IMG/VR virus record: IMGVR_UViG_3300046723_000260
Span: 1 to 64,000 of that record
Strand: one strand, 5' to 3'
Length of the DNA: 64,000 nucleotides
DNA from: a virus
Below the pieces are notes generated by a model, which saw only the letters and a list, made by a program, of their open reading frames with translations, ran no database searches and was not told the DNA's origin. Below, piece after piece: positions 17,842-26,951 of the stretch. Positions within the stretch are counted from its first letter, which is position 1. Each line of letters begins with the position of its first letter. Position numbers and translations under genes: made by a program.

Positions 17842-18789
17842 TCACCGAGTCACCCCTTTTCGTTTCCAGCCGATCTCCGCGCCCTCCATCGGCTCGTCGT
17901 GGTGGGTCGAGCGGGCGAAGGCGCGGACCGCCTTCTCGACCTCGCCGTCGTTGAAGAACGGGAACAGCTTCGCGGCCGACAGCAGCCGGCGGTCGACGAC
18001 GTAGGCGTAGGGCTCCTTCGCGGTGGTGAGCAGGACGCCGGCGCCCTCCTCGGTGACGCCGCGGGTCCGCACGAGGTCGGCGGGCTTCGCCAGCGTGGCG
18101 ATGCGGGCGTCGGTCGCGTCCTCGGCGGAGGCTTGCGACTGGACCGCGGAGGCGGCGGCACGGGCGGCGGCCTCGTCGGCGGCTTGCGCCGCGGCCTGGG
18201 CGGCGGCCTGCTTCTCGGCGATCTTCTCGGCGTTGCGGGCGCGCTCGGCGGCGCGCTGCGCCTCCTCGGCCTCCCGGGCGAGCCGCTCGGCCGCGGCCCG
18301 CTCCCTGCGCGCCTTCTCCTCGGCCTCCCGGGCGACGCGCTGCCGCTCCAGCTCGGCCAGCCGGAGCCGCTCGCGCTCGGCGGCCTCCTTGCGGGCTTGG
18401 TGGTCGTCGATCAGCCGCTGCAGTTGGTCGATCCACCCCGGGGTCGTTCGGCGCTCCTGCTTGTCGGCGGGCTGGATGATCTTCTGCAAACCCTTGAAGA
18501 ACGAGTTGATCGCGTTTTGGCGGCGGAGGTGCGGCTCGACCTCGACGACGCGGGTCTGCTCCATCCGCGCGTCGAGGTCGCGGAACCGCTTGATCAGCGC
18601 GCCGACCTGGAGCGCGGTCGCGTCGTCCTCGACCGGGTCACCGACCCGCAACGCCGCCACGCTGGCGAGGTTTTCGAGCGTGGTCTTCAGCCCGGCATAT
18701 TCGTCGTTGAGCCGCTCGGTCTCGATCCGGGCGTAGTCGACGCCGGTGTTGTCGCCGATCCCGGCGCGGGGGTTCGCAAGTTCGTTCAT
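17842..18789 (-). CDS. Coiled-coil hypothetical protein
   Basis: N-terminal GIGDN motif, long E/R/A-rich helix; typically precedes phage SSAP genes. Confidence 0.7.
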   Translation of the reverse strand: MNELANPRAGIGDNTGVDYARIETERLNDEYAGLKTTLENLASVAALRVGDPVEDDATALQVGALIKRFRDLDARMEQTRVVEVEPHLRRQNAINSFFKGLQKIIQPADKQERRTTPGWIDQLQRLIDDHQARKEAAERERLRLAELERQRVAREAEEKARRERAAAERLAREAEEAQRAAERARNAEKIAEKQAAAQAAAQAADEAAARAAASAVQSQASAEDATDARIATLAKPADLVRTRGVTEEGAGVLLTTAKEPYAYVVDRRLLSAAKLFPFFNDGEVEKAVRAFARSTHHDEPMEGAEIGWKRKGVTR

Positions 18790-18801
18790 GGTCTCTTCCT
18801 T

Positions 18802-18942
18802 TCAGGATGCGGCGGCGACGACGAGGAGGGCGGCGACGGCGGTCGCGAACGCCAGCGACCAGGCGACCGTCGCGTAGGTGCGCCGATCCTCCCGCTCGAT
18901 CCGCGGGAGGTTGAAGCCGTGGTTATTGCTGGGTTTGGTCAT
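18802..18942 (-). CDS. Small TM protein (46 aa), first gene of the leftward arm
   Basis: Read manually: MTKPSNNHGFNLPRIEREDRRTYATVAWSLAFATAVAALLVVAAAS. Confidence 0.45.
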   Translation of the reverse strand: MTKPSNNHGFNLPRIEREDRRTYATVAWSLAFATAVAALLVVAAAS

Positions 18943-19055
18943 TTCCGTCCGCCCCTGGTTCGGTTGCGCCGTGAGACCGTATTAGGGAAAAGTTTCCACA
19001 GAGTAAAGAGGGGTCGGCTTGTGCGGGCGCGGTTTTTGGGGGATATAGAGTCCCC
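18943..19055. promoter_or_regulatory. Divergent early promoter region with operator AGGGAAAAGTTTCCAC (18984-18999)
   Basis: AT-richer gap between leftward and rightward arms. Confidence 0.6.
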
Positions 19056-19379
19056 ATGACGATCGACCAGACGATCCGCTCGAACCTGCTCGCCATCGCG
19101 AGGGCCTACGCCAGGCGGCAGAAGCTGAGTCTAAGCACGGTCGGGCGGCAGTTTTACGGGAACCAGTCGTTCTTCGTGACGTTGCGGAAGCGGGATGGGA
19201 TCTCGATAACGCCCCCGAAGCTGGACGGCCTTTTGCAAGCCTTCTCCGACCGCTGGCCGGAGGGCTTGCCGTGGCCGGAAACCGCCCCGGTGACGATGGA
19301 GCGCCGGCCGCGAAAGAACGGTGGAAAAGAATCCACCCGATCGCTCGACGCTAGTGCGCCGGCCGAGCGAATCGCCTAA
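19056..19379 (+). CDS. Cro-like HTH regulator
   Basis: LSLSTVGRQFYGNQSFF..LR...S.T pattern and WPEGLPWP, resembling alphaproteobacterial phage Cro-like proteins; first rightward gene. Confidence 0.6.
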   Translation: MTIDQTIRSNLLAIARAYARRQKLSLSTVGRQFYGNQSFFVTLRKRDGISITPPKLDGLLQAFSDRWPEGLPWPETAPVTMERRPRKNGGKESTRSLDASAPAERIA

Positions 19380-19391
19380 AACCGCGGCGCG

Positions 19392-19625
19392 ATGAGCGCC
19401 GCCATGACCAACCACGACGACGAGCCCCTGACCACCTTCGAGGTGCCGCTGAACGACGACGCCGTCGAGCGGCTCCTCGCGCTGGCCAAGGCGACCAAGA
19501 CGCCGCCGCAGATCCTCCTCGCGTCGCTGCTCGACGAGCTGCTGCGCGACGAGGCGGAGGCCAACGGCAACGCCTCGGACGAGATCGCGTCTAAGATCAA
19601 AGGCGCGCAAGGCAAGCTGCATTAA
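19392..19625 (+). CDS. Small RHH-like regulator
   Basis: FEVPL.DDAVERL.ALA..T...P..L..SLL pattern. Confidence 0.4.
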   Translation: MSAAMTNHDDEPLTTFEVPLNDDAVERLLALAKATKTPPQILLASLLDELLRDEAEANGNASDEIASKIKGAQGKLH

Positions 19626-19682
19626 CCGGCCCACGCCGCCACGCCGGAATTAAGTGGTGGCATCATTCGGAGCTAGAACCCG

Positions 19683-19829
19683 ATGTCTGAAAAGCGAAAA
19701 GAAGTCGAAGCGATGATCGACAAGGCGGCGAAGGCCAACTCGGCCGACGAGGCCATGAAATACGCACAAGCCGCGCTCAACTCTGCGAACGCGCTGTGCT
19801 CGTTGAAGACCGCCGAACGGCAAGACTAG
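19683..19829 (+). CDS. Small hypothetical (48 aa)
   Basis: Read manually: MSEKRKEVEAMIDKAAKANSADEAMKYAQAALNSANA... Confidence 0.5.
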   Translation: MSEKRKEVEAMIDKAAKANSADEAMKYAQAALNSANALCSLKTAERQD

Positions 19830-19857
19830 GCAAAACCCCCAACCGGAGAACACTTTG

Positions 19858-20307
19858 ATGGCGCGGACACCAGCGAAGAACGGCAAGGCGAGCGAGGCGA
19901 TGGCCACGACCTTGATGCTGCCGAAGACGAAGACCCTCACGAGCCTGCTCGACACGAAGGGAACGCAGCTCAAGCGCGCGAGCAACGCGACCGGCGTCTA
20001 TCGGCAGGCGGTCGGCACCGCGAAGGAGAAGGACCACCTCGACACATGGGCGTGGGCCACGGCGAGCAAGATGGCGGAGATGCAGGACGACACCCTCCAC
20101 GTCCGCTACTTCCACCTGCTGCACTACCTGGAGGAGCTCGGCGTCACCAAGCGCGCGACCGCCCAGGAGGAGATGTTCTCCGCCGGCGAGACCGGGCCGA
20201 AGCTCGGCGACGAAGACGACGGCGACGAGCACTCGACCACGAAGCGGATCGGCCGCGCCGCCCGCCAGGTCGCGGAGGCCGCCGGGGCGACGCTCGCGTC
20301 GGACTGA
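19858..20307 (+). CDS. Hypothetical, possibly GapR/DUF2312-like DNA-binding protein
   Basis: AKEK.HLD...KM..M...L.HYLEELG...Q.EMF loosely parallels GapR; GGAG RBS. Confidence 0.4.
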   Translation: MARTPAKNGKASEAMATTLMLPKTKTLTSLLDTKGTQLKRASNATGVYRQAVGTAKEKDHLDTWAWATASKMAEMQDDTLHVRYFHLLHYLEELGVTKRATAQEEMFSAGETGPKLGDEDDGDEHSTTKRIGRAARQVAEAAGATLASD

Positions 20308-20309
20308 AC

Positions 20310-20870
20310 GTGGAGCAGGCGACCTTCCCCATCCTGCGAAGGCCGGCCCTGGTCCCGGGGCCGGTCTTTCTTTCGTTCGAGTGGACCGGCAAGCCGCCGC
20401 ACAAGGCGCGGCACCGCTTCCGAATCGTGATCCCGAAGAGCGCCTGGAGCTACCCGCGGGATCCGCGCGCGCCGAGGTTCATGACCGAGGCCGGCGTCAA
20501 GCAGATCTGGGTCCAGCCCTACGGCGACCCCGACACCGAGAAGCACGAGGCGGCGATCCGGGAGTACGCCGCGCTGCTGATGCGGGGGCGCGAGCCGTCG
20601 ACGCGCCCGCTGGCGCTGCTGCTCCACGTCTTCCGGCCGATCCCGGAGAGCTACTCGCGGCGGGAGCGCGAGGACGCGCTCGCCGGCGCGCTGCTGCCGA
20701 CGCCGCGGCCCGACGCCGACAACTACATGAAGCTCGTGAAGGACGCGATGAACGAGGTCGTCTACCGCGACGACGCCCAGGTCGTCGACGAGCGGTGCCT
20801 CAAGGTCTACTCGGACCAGCCGGCGCTCCGGATCGAGCTGCGCGAGTTCGTCGAGCCGGAATCAACTTGA
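20310..20870 (+). CDS. rusA: RusA-family Holliday junction resolvase
   Basis: G.P..KARHR, RPDADN..K.VKDA.N.V.Y.DD.QVV and K.YS..P motifs. Confidence 0.9.
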   Translation: MEQATFPILRRPALVPGPVFLSFEWTGKPPHKARHRFRIVIPKSAWSYPRDPRAPRFMTEAGVKQIWVQPYGDPDTEKHEAAIREYAALLMRGREPSTRPLALLLHVFRPIPESYSRREREDALAGALLPTPRPDADNYMKLVKDAMNEVVYRDDAQVVDERCLKVYSDQPALRIELREFVEPEST

Positions 20871-21007
20871 AAATTCAAGTTTTCAAGGTTGGGAATAGCG
20901 GGGACGGCGGCGGGACCGTCCGGTGGACTTAGACCGGCGACTCGGAGAAGGATGGAGAAGATTCCCCACGGGCGCAGCGCGCTCGATTCTTTTGACCGGG
21001 AGCGGCG

Positions 21008-21988
21008 ATGACTCAACTGATCAAATATGACGCGGCGCGCAAGGCGTTGGCGGAGGCGAGGCGCGTCGACGAGGTCAAGACCATCCGGGACAAAGCCGTC
21101 GCAGTCGCGGCCTACGCCAAACAAGCCAAGGATACGCAGCTTATCGACCATGCCACCGACATCCGGCTTCGTGCGGAACGTCGTGCCGGCGAACTGTTGC
21201 TGGCGATGGAAAAGAACAAAGGGGCGCGAGGCGGGGGCAAAAAAGACGCGCCACGCGGTCGTCTTAAACAACCGCGTGATGTAACGCCAAAACTCGCCGA
21301 GATCGGCATCAGCAAATCGCAATCCGCGAACTGGCAGCGGCTCGCCAAACTCCCCGAAAAGGATTTCGAGAACAAGGTCGGCGCCGCCAAGCGGAAGGCC
21401 GTCAACGCGCTGGACGGCACGGCGAAGCGGGACCGCCAAGAGATGCGGGCCGAGGACGAGCGGCGCGTCGCCGCGCTCGCGCCCATCGCCGGCAAGTTTC
21501 GCGCGCTGGTGATCGACCCGCCGTGGGACTACGAGTGGCTGTCGGTCGCGGGACGCGCGAAGCCGGGCTACGCCACCATGAGCCACGAGCAGCTTCTCGC
21601 GCTCGACGTGGCGGCGTGGGCCGAAGAGAACAGCCACCTCTACCTCTGGACGACCAACAACTTCATGACGCGGGCGGTCGAGCTGATGGCCCGATGGGGT
21701 TTCGCGCACAAAACGGTCCTCACCTGGGTGAAGCCGAAGATTGGGCTCGGCTCGTACTTCCGCAACACGACGGAGCACGTCCTGTTCGGGGTCCGCGGCG
21801 AGCTGCGGACGCGATCGGATTCGATCCGCACGCACTTCGAGGCGCCGATGGGCGAGCACAGCGAGAAGCCGGAGAAGTTCTACGAGATCGTCCGAGCGGC
21901 CTCGCATGGCCCGTACGGCGAGTTATTCCAGCGCCAGGAACGCCCGGACTTCATCAACCTTTACCAGCCGAAGGCAGCGGCGGCATGA
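21008..21988 (+). CDS. MT-A70 family adenine methyltransferase with N-terminal helical domain
   Basis: DPPW, YATM, LYLWTTN, TWVK, G.YFRN.TEH and HSEKP motifs. Confidence 0.9.
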   Translation: MTQLIKYDAARKALAEARRVDEVKTIRDKAVAVAAYAKQAKDTQLIDHATDIRLRAERRAGELLLAMEKNKGARGGGKKDAPRGRLKQPRDVTPKLAEIGISKSQSANWQRLAKLPEKDFENKVGAAKRKAVNALDGTAKRDRQEMRAEDERRVAALAPIAGKFRALVIDPPWDYEWLSVAGRAKPGYATMSHEQLLALDVAAWAEENSHLYLWTTNNFMTRAVELMARWGFAHKTVLTWVKPKIGLGSYFRNTTEHVLFGVRGELRTRSDSIRTHFEAPMGEHSEKPEKFYEIVRAASHGPYGELFQRQERPDFINLYQPKAAAA

Positions 21989-22533
21989 ACGACTTCGCCC
22001 GCGACGACGCGTGGCAGCGCGGAGTTCGGGACCGCCTGCTGGCGCCGTTCTACGCCAAGCGCGCGACCGGCGGGCGATACGTCTTCATCGACAAGGGCAA
22101 GATCGCCTCGAAGCTGCAGCGGCTCTACGCGGTCGACACGATCCTGCAAGGCGGCGACGGCGAGGCGATCTGCGTCGAGGAGAAGATCGTACGCTGGCCG
22201 GCCAAGCGCGGAACGCCCTACACGGCGTTTTCATTGGAGACGAAGAGCTGCACGGTACCGGGGCGGGAGGCACCTGGATGGATGTGGTACGGCGAGGCTG
22301 ACTACCTGCTCTACGCCTTCGAGACCGCCGCCGGCGGCCTCGACTGCCACCTGATCGACTTCCCCAAGCTGCAGGAGTGGTTCTGGAAGTGCGAGCGGGA
22401 CTTCCCGACGTTCGGTCCGCTCGCCACGCTCAACCGATCCGCCGGCCGCGTCGTTCCTATCGAGAGCGTCAGGGCGGCCATCCCTTGCTGGCGGTTTCCG
22501 GTCGAAGAGGAGGCGTCATGCCCCGCAACATGA
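21985..22533 (+). CDS. Putative PD-(D/E)xK nuclease
   Basis: Q....VD....VEEK, LET.SC...GWM....AD.L.Y; coupled to MT-A70. Confidence 0.55.
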   Translation: MNDFARDDAWQRGVRDRLLAPFYAKRATGGRYVFIDKGKIASKLQRLYAVDTILQGGDGEAICVEEKIVRWPAKRGTPYTAFSLETKSCTVPGREAPGWMWYGEADYLLYAFETAAGGLDCHLIDFPKLQEWFWKCERDFPTFGPLATLNRSAGRVVPIESVRAAIPCWRFPVEEEASCPAT

Positions 22534-22727
22534 ACCGACGCGAGAACGAGAAGCGCGCCAAGGTCCGGCGCAGCTACGCGCTGGAGCGGTTCGAGCTCCG
22601 CGGGGAGCCGGAGCTTCGCGCGAACGCCGCCTCGCCGACCGCGATGGCGGTGAAGGTCAACCCGGACGCCGCGGCGATCGAGGCGTTCCTCGCCCAGCGG
22701 CGGGGGGGACAGGGGGGGACAAAATGA
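22518..22727 (+). CDS. Small basic hypothetical
   Basis: GGAGG RBS; overlaps neighbours. Confidence 0.45.
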   Translation: MPRNMNRRENEKRAKVRRSYALERFELRGEPELRANAASPTAMAVKVNPDAAAIEAFLAQRRGGQGGTK

Positions 22728-23036
22728 GCCGATCGACCACCCCAGTTTGCGATCTGATCGAGTCCCTCCTGTCCAGGGGGACGTCCCCCGAGAAGGCCAT
22801 AGACGCCGCTCGGGTTTTGGAGGTCTCAGGCACCAAGGAATGGGTCTCCGTAGAGGAGAAGCGCAAGCGGTGGCGGTTGAAGAAGGCTCGGCAACGCGCC
22901 GCGAAGAGGGGGGACAGCGGGGGGACACGAAAGCTGGACTCTATACTTACTGACTCTCCTAAGATTCAGAATCCAATTAAGAAAGACAGAAAGAAAGAGT
23001 CGCGTGTCCCCCCGTCCCCGGGGGACAGGGGGGACA
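22702..23036. repeat. Iteron-like G(5-7)ACA repeats around an A-rich tract: putative origin
   Basis: Copies at 22702, 22712, 22908, 22919, 23020 and 23028, inverted copy at 23005, palindrome GGGGGACGTCCCCC at 22776-22789. Confidence 0.6.
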
Positions 23037-23497
23037 ACTCCGGATGGCCGGCGGACTACGAGGCGCTGTTCTGGCAGAACTTCCCGGAGCAGCGCAGATA
23101 CGACAAGCCGCAGGTGATGGCGTGGTTGGCGAAGGCGCGGCGCGAGAAGTCGGTGGAGTGGGTTGTGTTGTTCGACGGCGTGCTGCGGTACGCGGCGTCG
23201 AATCCGGGCGAGTTCGCGAAGGCTCCGCTGCCGTGGCTGCGAGGGCAGCGGTGGATGGGCATTTACAGGGACGGAGGATCACGTGGGAAAACAACTGGCG
23301 CGGCGACCGATCACATCGCTGCCGCCGCGGCTCGCCGCTTTGGCGGGGGCGGTCGGCACCGTGCGGCACCCGGGGCAGCCGGTCCGGTACAACATGCCGG
23401 AGGGGATGGCGATGAGCGGGATGGAGCGCCAGGAGGCGGCGAGCCTGCTTTCGACCTTGAGCTCCGCGCTGGACCCGACGGCGTCTTTCGGCGGTGA
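22724..23497 (+). CDS. Replication initiator-like protein
   Basis: Basic R/K helix, low-complexity linker containing repeats, C-terminal F..FW..FP...K and P..WL.G.RW typical of phage initiators. Confidence 0.6.
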   Translation: MSRSTTPVCDLIESLLSRGTSPEKAIDAARVLEVSGTKEWVSVEEKRKRWRLKKARQRAAKRGDSGGTRKLDSILTDSPKIQNPIKKDRKKESRVPPSPGDRGDNSGWPADYEALFWQNFPEQRRYDKPQVMAWLAKARREKSVEWVVLFDGVLRYAASNPGEFAKAPLPWLRGQRWMGIYRDGGSRGKTTGAATDHIAAAAARRFGGGGRHRAAPGAAGPVQHAGGDGDERDGAPGGGEPAFDLELRAGPDGVFRR

Positions 23498-23879
23498 GGA
23501 CGGGCACTCGGCGAAGGGCGCGCTGCTCGCGAAGATGATCCACGGGCTCGGCGGCGCGGCGAACCAGAGCGAGACGGCGGCGACGGCGAAGATCGAGATG
23601 TACGCGGACGCGATCGAGGACCTGCCGGCGTGGGCGGTCGCGGAGGCGATCAAGCGGTGGGCGCGCGGTTCGTGCCCGCCGGAGATCTGCGAGAGTCCGA
23701 GGTTCGAGTTTCCCCCGGCGCCGGCGGTGCTGCGGCGGCTGGCGCAGAGCGACCTCGACCTGCCGCGCCGCTACGTCGAGATGCTTCGCAACCTGCTCGC
23801 GGCGCTGCCGATCGACGAGGCGATGAACCCGGAGCCGCGGCCGGCGGAGCCGGGCCTGCCGACGCTGCGGAGGATGTGA
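23283..23879 (+). CDS. Putative helicase loader/inhibitor-like protein (start uncertain)
   Basis: Y..AIEDLP.WAV..A..RW..G...F.P.PA.L motif following the initiator. Confidence 0.55.
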   Translation: MGKQLARRPITSLPPRLAALAGAVGTVRHPGQPVRYNMPEGMAMSGMERQEAASLLSTLSSALDPTASFGGEDGHSAKGALLAKMIHGLGGAANQSETAATAKIEMYADAIEDLPAWAVAEAIKRWARGSCPPEICESPRFEFPPAPAVLRRLAQSDLDLPRRYVEMLRNLLAALPIDEAMNPEPRPAEPGLPTLRRM

Positions 23880-24703
23880 TGCGCTTGATCCGCGTCTTCC
23901 CACGAAAGACCAGGGCGACCCCGGACGACGACCTCGTTCGGTTCGGTCCTCCCGGGATGTTCGACGAGGCCGACGAGGTTCACGTCTCGGTGACGTTCAC
24001 CTACGACAAGCCCGTGGCCGAAGACCTCGCGGAGCAATGGCGGCACGTCGCGCCGGTCAAGATCGGCGGCGTGGCCTACGGCGACGACAGCCTGGAGTTC
24101 ATCCCGGGGCGCTACATCAAGCCGGGCTACACGATCACATCGCGCGGTTGCCCGCGCCGCTGCTGGTTCTGCGCGGTCTGGAAGAAATGGCCGGAGCCGA
24201 ACGTCCTCCCGATCGTGCCGGGCTGGAACGTGCTCGACGACAACCTGCTGGCTTGCCCGCGGCCGCACGTCGAGGCCGTGTTCGAGATGCTTCGCGAGCA
24301 GGACCGCCGCGTGGAGTTCACCGGCGGGCTCGAGGCCCTGTCGTTGCAGGACTACCAAGTCGACCTTCTCGCCAGCCTGAAGCCTCGACCGAATATGTTC
24401 TTCGCCTACGATCCGCAGGACGAGTTCGAGACGCTGGAGAGCGCCGCGCGCCGGCTCCTCGCCGCGGGCTTCACGAAGCAATCCCACCGGCTGCGGTCGT
24501 ACTGCATGATCGGCTACCCGAAGGACACGCTCGCGGCGGCGGAGAAGCGACTGCTCCAGCTCGTCGACGTCGGCTTCACGCCGTTCGCGATGCTGTGGCG
24601 CCCGGACAACTCGGCGCAGGAGAAGCACATGCCGGGTCCAGAATGGCACGCCTTCAAGCGCCGCTGGATGCGACCGGCAATAATTCATTCGAGGGCAGCT
24701 TGA
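23879..24703 (+). CDS. Radical SAM enzyme
   Basis: TSRGCPRRCWFC (CxxxCxxC), LDDNLLA and Y.MIGY motifs. Confidence 0.85.
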   Translation: MRLIRVFPRKTRATPDDDLVRFGPPGMFDEADEVHVSVTFTYDKPVAEDLAEQWRHVAPVKIGGVAYGDDSLEFIPGRYIKPGYTITSRGCPRRCWFCAVWKKWPEPNVLPIVPGWNVLDDNLLACPRPHVEAVFEMLREQDRRVEFTGGLEALSLQDYQVDLLASLKPRPNMFFAYDPQDEFETLESAARRLLAAGFTKQSHRLRSYCMIGYPKDTLAAAEKRLLQLVDVGFTPFAMLWRPDNSAQEKHMPGPEWHAFKRRWMRPAIIHSRAA

Positions 24704-25068
24704 TGGGCAAGACCGACGAGCTCGACAACCTGTTCGCCCCCGAGGAGGCGAAGCGCCGCCGCGACGATCGCGCGGCGATGATCGAGCGCAACGTGGAGCG
24801 CAGCGCGCGGGAGGCCGAGATCGAGGCGAAGCGCCGGCAGAGGGCGCGGGAGTTCCTGGCCGAGACCAACGAGCGGACCCGGCTCGCGGAGTACCGCAAG
24901 GCCGGGGTCGAACCGCCGCAGTACACGCGGGTCTCGCTCGGGCTGCTGCTTTCGCTCGGCTGGACGATCGAGGAGGTCGAGGGCCGGCGCGTCCTGGTCA
25001 AGCCGCCGACGCCGCCCGATCCTGGACCGCGGCGCGGCCGCGAGCATTATGAGAGGGAGCAGTCATGA
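24703..25068 (+). CDS. Hypothetical protein
   Basis: Coupled ORF with charged helix. Confidence 0.55.
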   Translation: MGKTDELDNLFAPEEAKRRRDDRAAMIERNVERSAREAEIEAKRRQRAREFLAETNERTRLAEYRKAGVEPPQYTRVSLGLLLSLGWTIEEVEGRRVLVKPPTPPDPGPRRGREHYEREQS

Positions 25069-25695
25069 ATGATCTATCTGTCCGGACGCGTCGTCGAAGA
25101 TCTTCCGGCCGCAGTCGGGTTCATGCTTACGCCGAACAGCGAGAAGAAATGGAAGCATTGGCCGCCGCGCAAGGGCGCGGATTCGCCGCGGAGCTGGGCC
25201 GCAGACAGCGGGCGATTCTCAGACCCGAAAAGCTATGCGGACGAGAAGTATCTCGGATGGCTTTCTACGTTCGAGCCGACGCAGTGCCTGTTCGCGACGG
25301 CCCCGGACGTGCTCGGCGACCATGCGGCGACGCTCGCGATGTCAGACCCGATCATGCCGCTAATCAGGGCGTTCGGCTTCAAGGTCGCCTTCGTGGCGCA
25401 AGACGGATTCGACACGGCGCCGTGGGACAAGTTCGACTGCCTGTTCCTGGGCGGGACCAACGCCTTCAAGCTCGGGGCCGCAGTGCCTGGAATCGTTTCG
25501 GAGGCCAGATCGCGGGGCAAGTGGGTGCACATGGGGCGGGCCAACTCCTACAAACGCCTGCGCGTGGCGGCGGCGATCGGTTGCCAATCGGCCGACGGCA
25601 CGTTCCTCAGATTCGGCCCGCGCCAGAACTCCGTAAGGCTCGGCCGATGGCTGGACAAGCTCCACGCCCAGCCGCTGCTGCCGAAGGGATTCTAA
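25069..25695 (+). CDS. Compact TGT/DpdA-like transglycosylase
   Basis: ADSG.FS, PDV.GD, VAQDG, FLGG, VHMG and SADGT correspond to TGT-fold motifs; adjacent to queC and yhhQ. Confidence 0.6.
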   Translation: MIYLSGRVVEDLPAAVGFMLTPNSEKKWKHWPPRKGADSPRSWAADSGRFSDPKSYADEKYLGWLSTFEPTQCLFATAPDVLGDHAATLAMSDPIMPLIRAFGFKVAFVAQDGFDTAPWDKFDCLFLGGTNAFKLGAAVPGIVSEARSRGKWVHMGRANSYKRLRVAAAIGCQSADGTFLRFGPRQNSVRLGRWLDKLHAQPLLPKGF

Positions 25696-25696
25696 G

Positions 25697-26245
25697 GTGA
25701 AAACGCTCGTGCTATTCTCCGGTGGCCTGGATAGCGCCGTCGTGCTCGCCTCCTGCGTCGCGGCGGGCGACGAGGTTCTCGCAGTCGGCTTCGACTACGG
25801 TCAGCCGCATGCGATCGAGCTCGACCGCGCCGCCTTCATCGCGCGCGGCATGAACGTTCCCTACGAGGAGGTCGAACTTCCCGCGATGCCGCTGGCCGAC
25901 GACGTGGTGTTCGCCGGCCGCAACATGGTGATGGCGGCGGCGGCCATCTCGATCGCCCACGCCAGGGGGTTCGACCGGATCGCCCTCGGCTGCAATGCCG
26001 ACGACCATCGCCGCTTCCGCGACTGCCGCCGCGACTTCTGGTCAGCCATGCGAAGGGCGGCGCGGGCCTACGACGTCGGCATCAGCGCGCCGCTCTTGCG
26101 GTCGAGTAAACGCGCGATCGTGAGGCGGGCCAAGGCCCTCGGCGTTCCCGTCGAGCAAACATGGTCATGCTACGAACCGCGGGGCGGAGAACCCTGCGGA
26201 GAATGTCTCGCCTGCAAACTGCGAAAGGCAGCCCTATGCTCTTGA
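25697..26245 (+). CDS. queC: 7-cyano-7-deazaguanine synthase
   Basis: LFSGGLDS, FDYGQ.H..E, GRN, DCR and TWSCY...CGECLAC..R motifs. Confidence 0.85.
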   Translation: MKTLVLFSGGLDSAVVLASCVAAGDEVLAVGFDYGQPHAIELDRAAFIARGMNVPYEEVELPAMPLADDVVFAGRNMVMAAAAISIAHARGFDRIALGCNADDHRRFRDCRRDFWSAMRRAARAYDVGISAPLLRSSKRAIVRRAKALGVPVEQTWSCYEPRGGEPCGECLACKLRKAALCS

Positions 26246-26751
26246 TCCTGCTCTACGTCGCGACCATCCCCGCGGCGAATTACATGATCGGCCACGTCGG
26301 CACGGTCTGCATCCCCAACGGCCCATGCCTGATTCCGGTTCTGCCGGGCGTCCTGGCGCCCAGCGGCGTGTTGATGATCGGGGTCGCCTTGCTGCTCCGC
26401 GACCTCGTGCAACGCCGCCTCGGCGCGGCGTGGTCGCTCGGTTGCGTCGCGGCGGGGACGGCGGCGTCGCTCCTGGTCGCGCCGCCGGCGCTCGCGGCGG
26501 CATCTGGAATCGCCTTCGCCCTGTCCGAGCTGACCGACTTCGCGGTATTCACGCCGCTCTACCGGCGGCGGCTGATCGCGGCTCTCGCTCTAAGCTGCCT
26601 AGCTGGCGCCGTCGTCGACAGCGCGTTGTTCCTATGGCTCGCGTTCGGCAGCCTAGACCACCTGGCCGGGCAGATCATCGGCAAGGTCTATGCGGTTGCG
26701 GCATTCGCGATCATCAGCCCCGCAAGATGGGGCACGGAGAAGACGCGATGA
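26236..26751 (+). CDS. yhhQ: VUT/YhhQ family queuosine-precursor transporter
   Basis: Multi-TM; AN, G.....RD.VQ..LG, AS..AF.LSE..D..VF and VDS.LFL..AFG motifs. Confidence 0.8.
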   Translation: MLLILLYVATIPAANYMIGHVGTVCIPNGPCLIPVLPGVLAPSGVLMIGVALLLRDLVQRRLGAAWSLGCVAAGTAASLLVAPPALAAASGIAFALSELTDFAVFTPLYRRRLIAALALSCLAGAVVDSALFLWLAFGSLDHLAGQIIGKVYAVAAFAIISPARWGTEKTR

Positions 26752-26951
26752 CGCCGGACCAACTGAGCGACGACGACAAGCTTCTGATCCGCGGCATGAA
26801 CCACCGCGGCGCGATCTGCGAAGACACAGCGGGGCGCTACCGCCCGCTCAAGAGCAACGTCGCCGCGCTCCACTTCGACGGCCAGATGCTGGTCAACATG
26901 GTTTGGCTGCTGCGCCCGGAGGTGTCGCGGACCGAATCGGAGCGGGCATGA
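26748..26951 (+). CDS. Small hypothetical
   Basis: ATGA overlaps on both sides. Confidence 0.45.
   Translation: MTPDQLSDDDKLLIRGMNHRGAICEDTAGRYRPLKSNVAALHFDGQMLVNMVWLLRPEVSRTESERA

Noticed and set aside
20871-21007. tRNA or known ncRNA in the RusA to MT-A70 gap
   Set aside because: Only two short GC hairpins; no cloverleaf, T-loop or CCA.
21008-22533. Bona fide type II restriction-modification system
   Set aside because: The nuclease call is weak, and such MT-A70 plus nuclease-like pairs are common in phage replication regions. Restriction function cannot be supported from sequence alone.
23879-24703. Calling the radical SAM queE
   Set aside because: It lacks the QueE-type F.R..GC.L.C.WCDT context; it is kept as an unassigned radical SAM.
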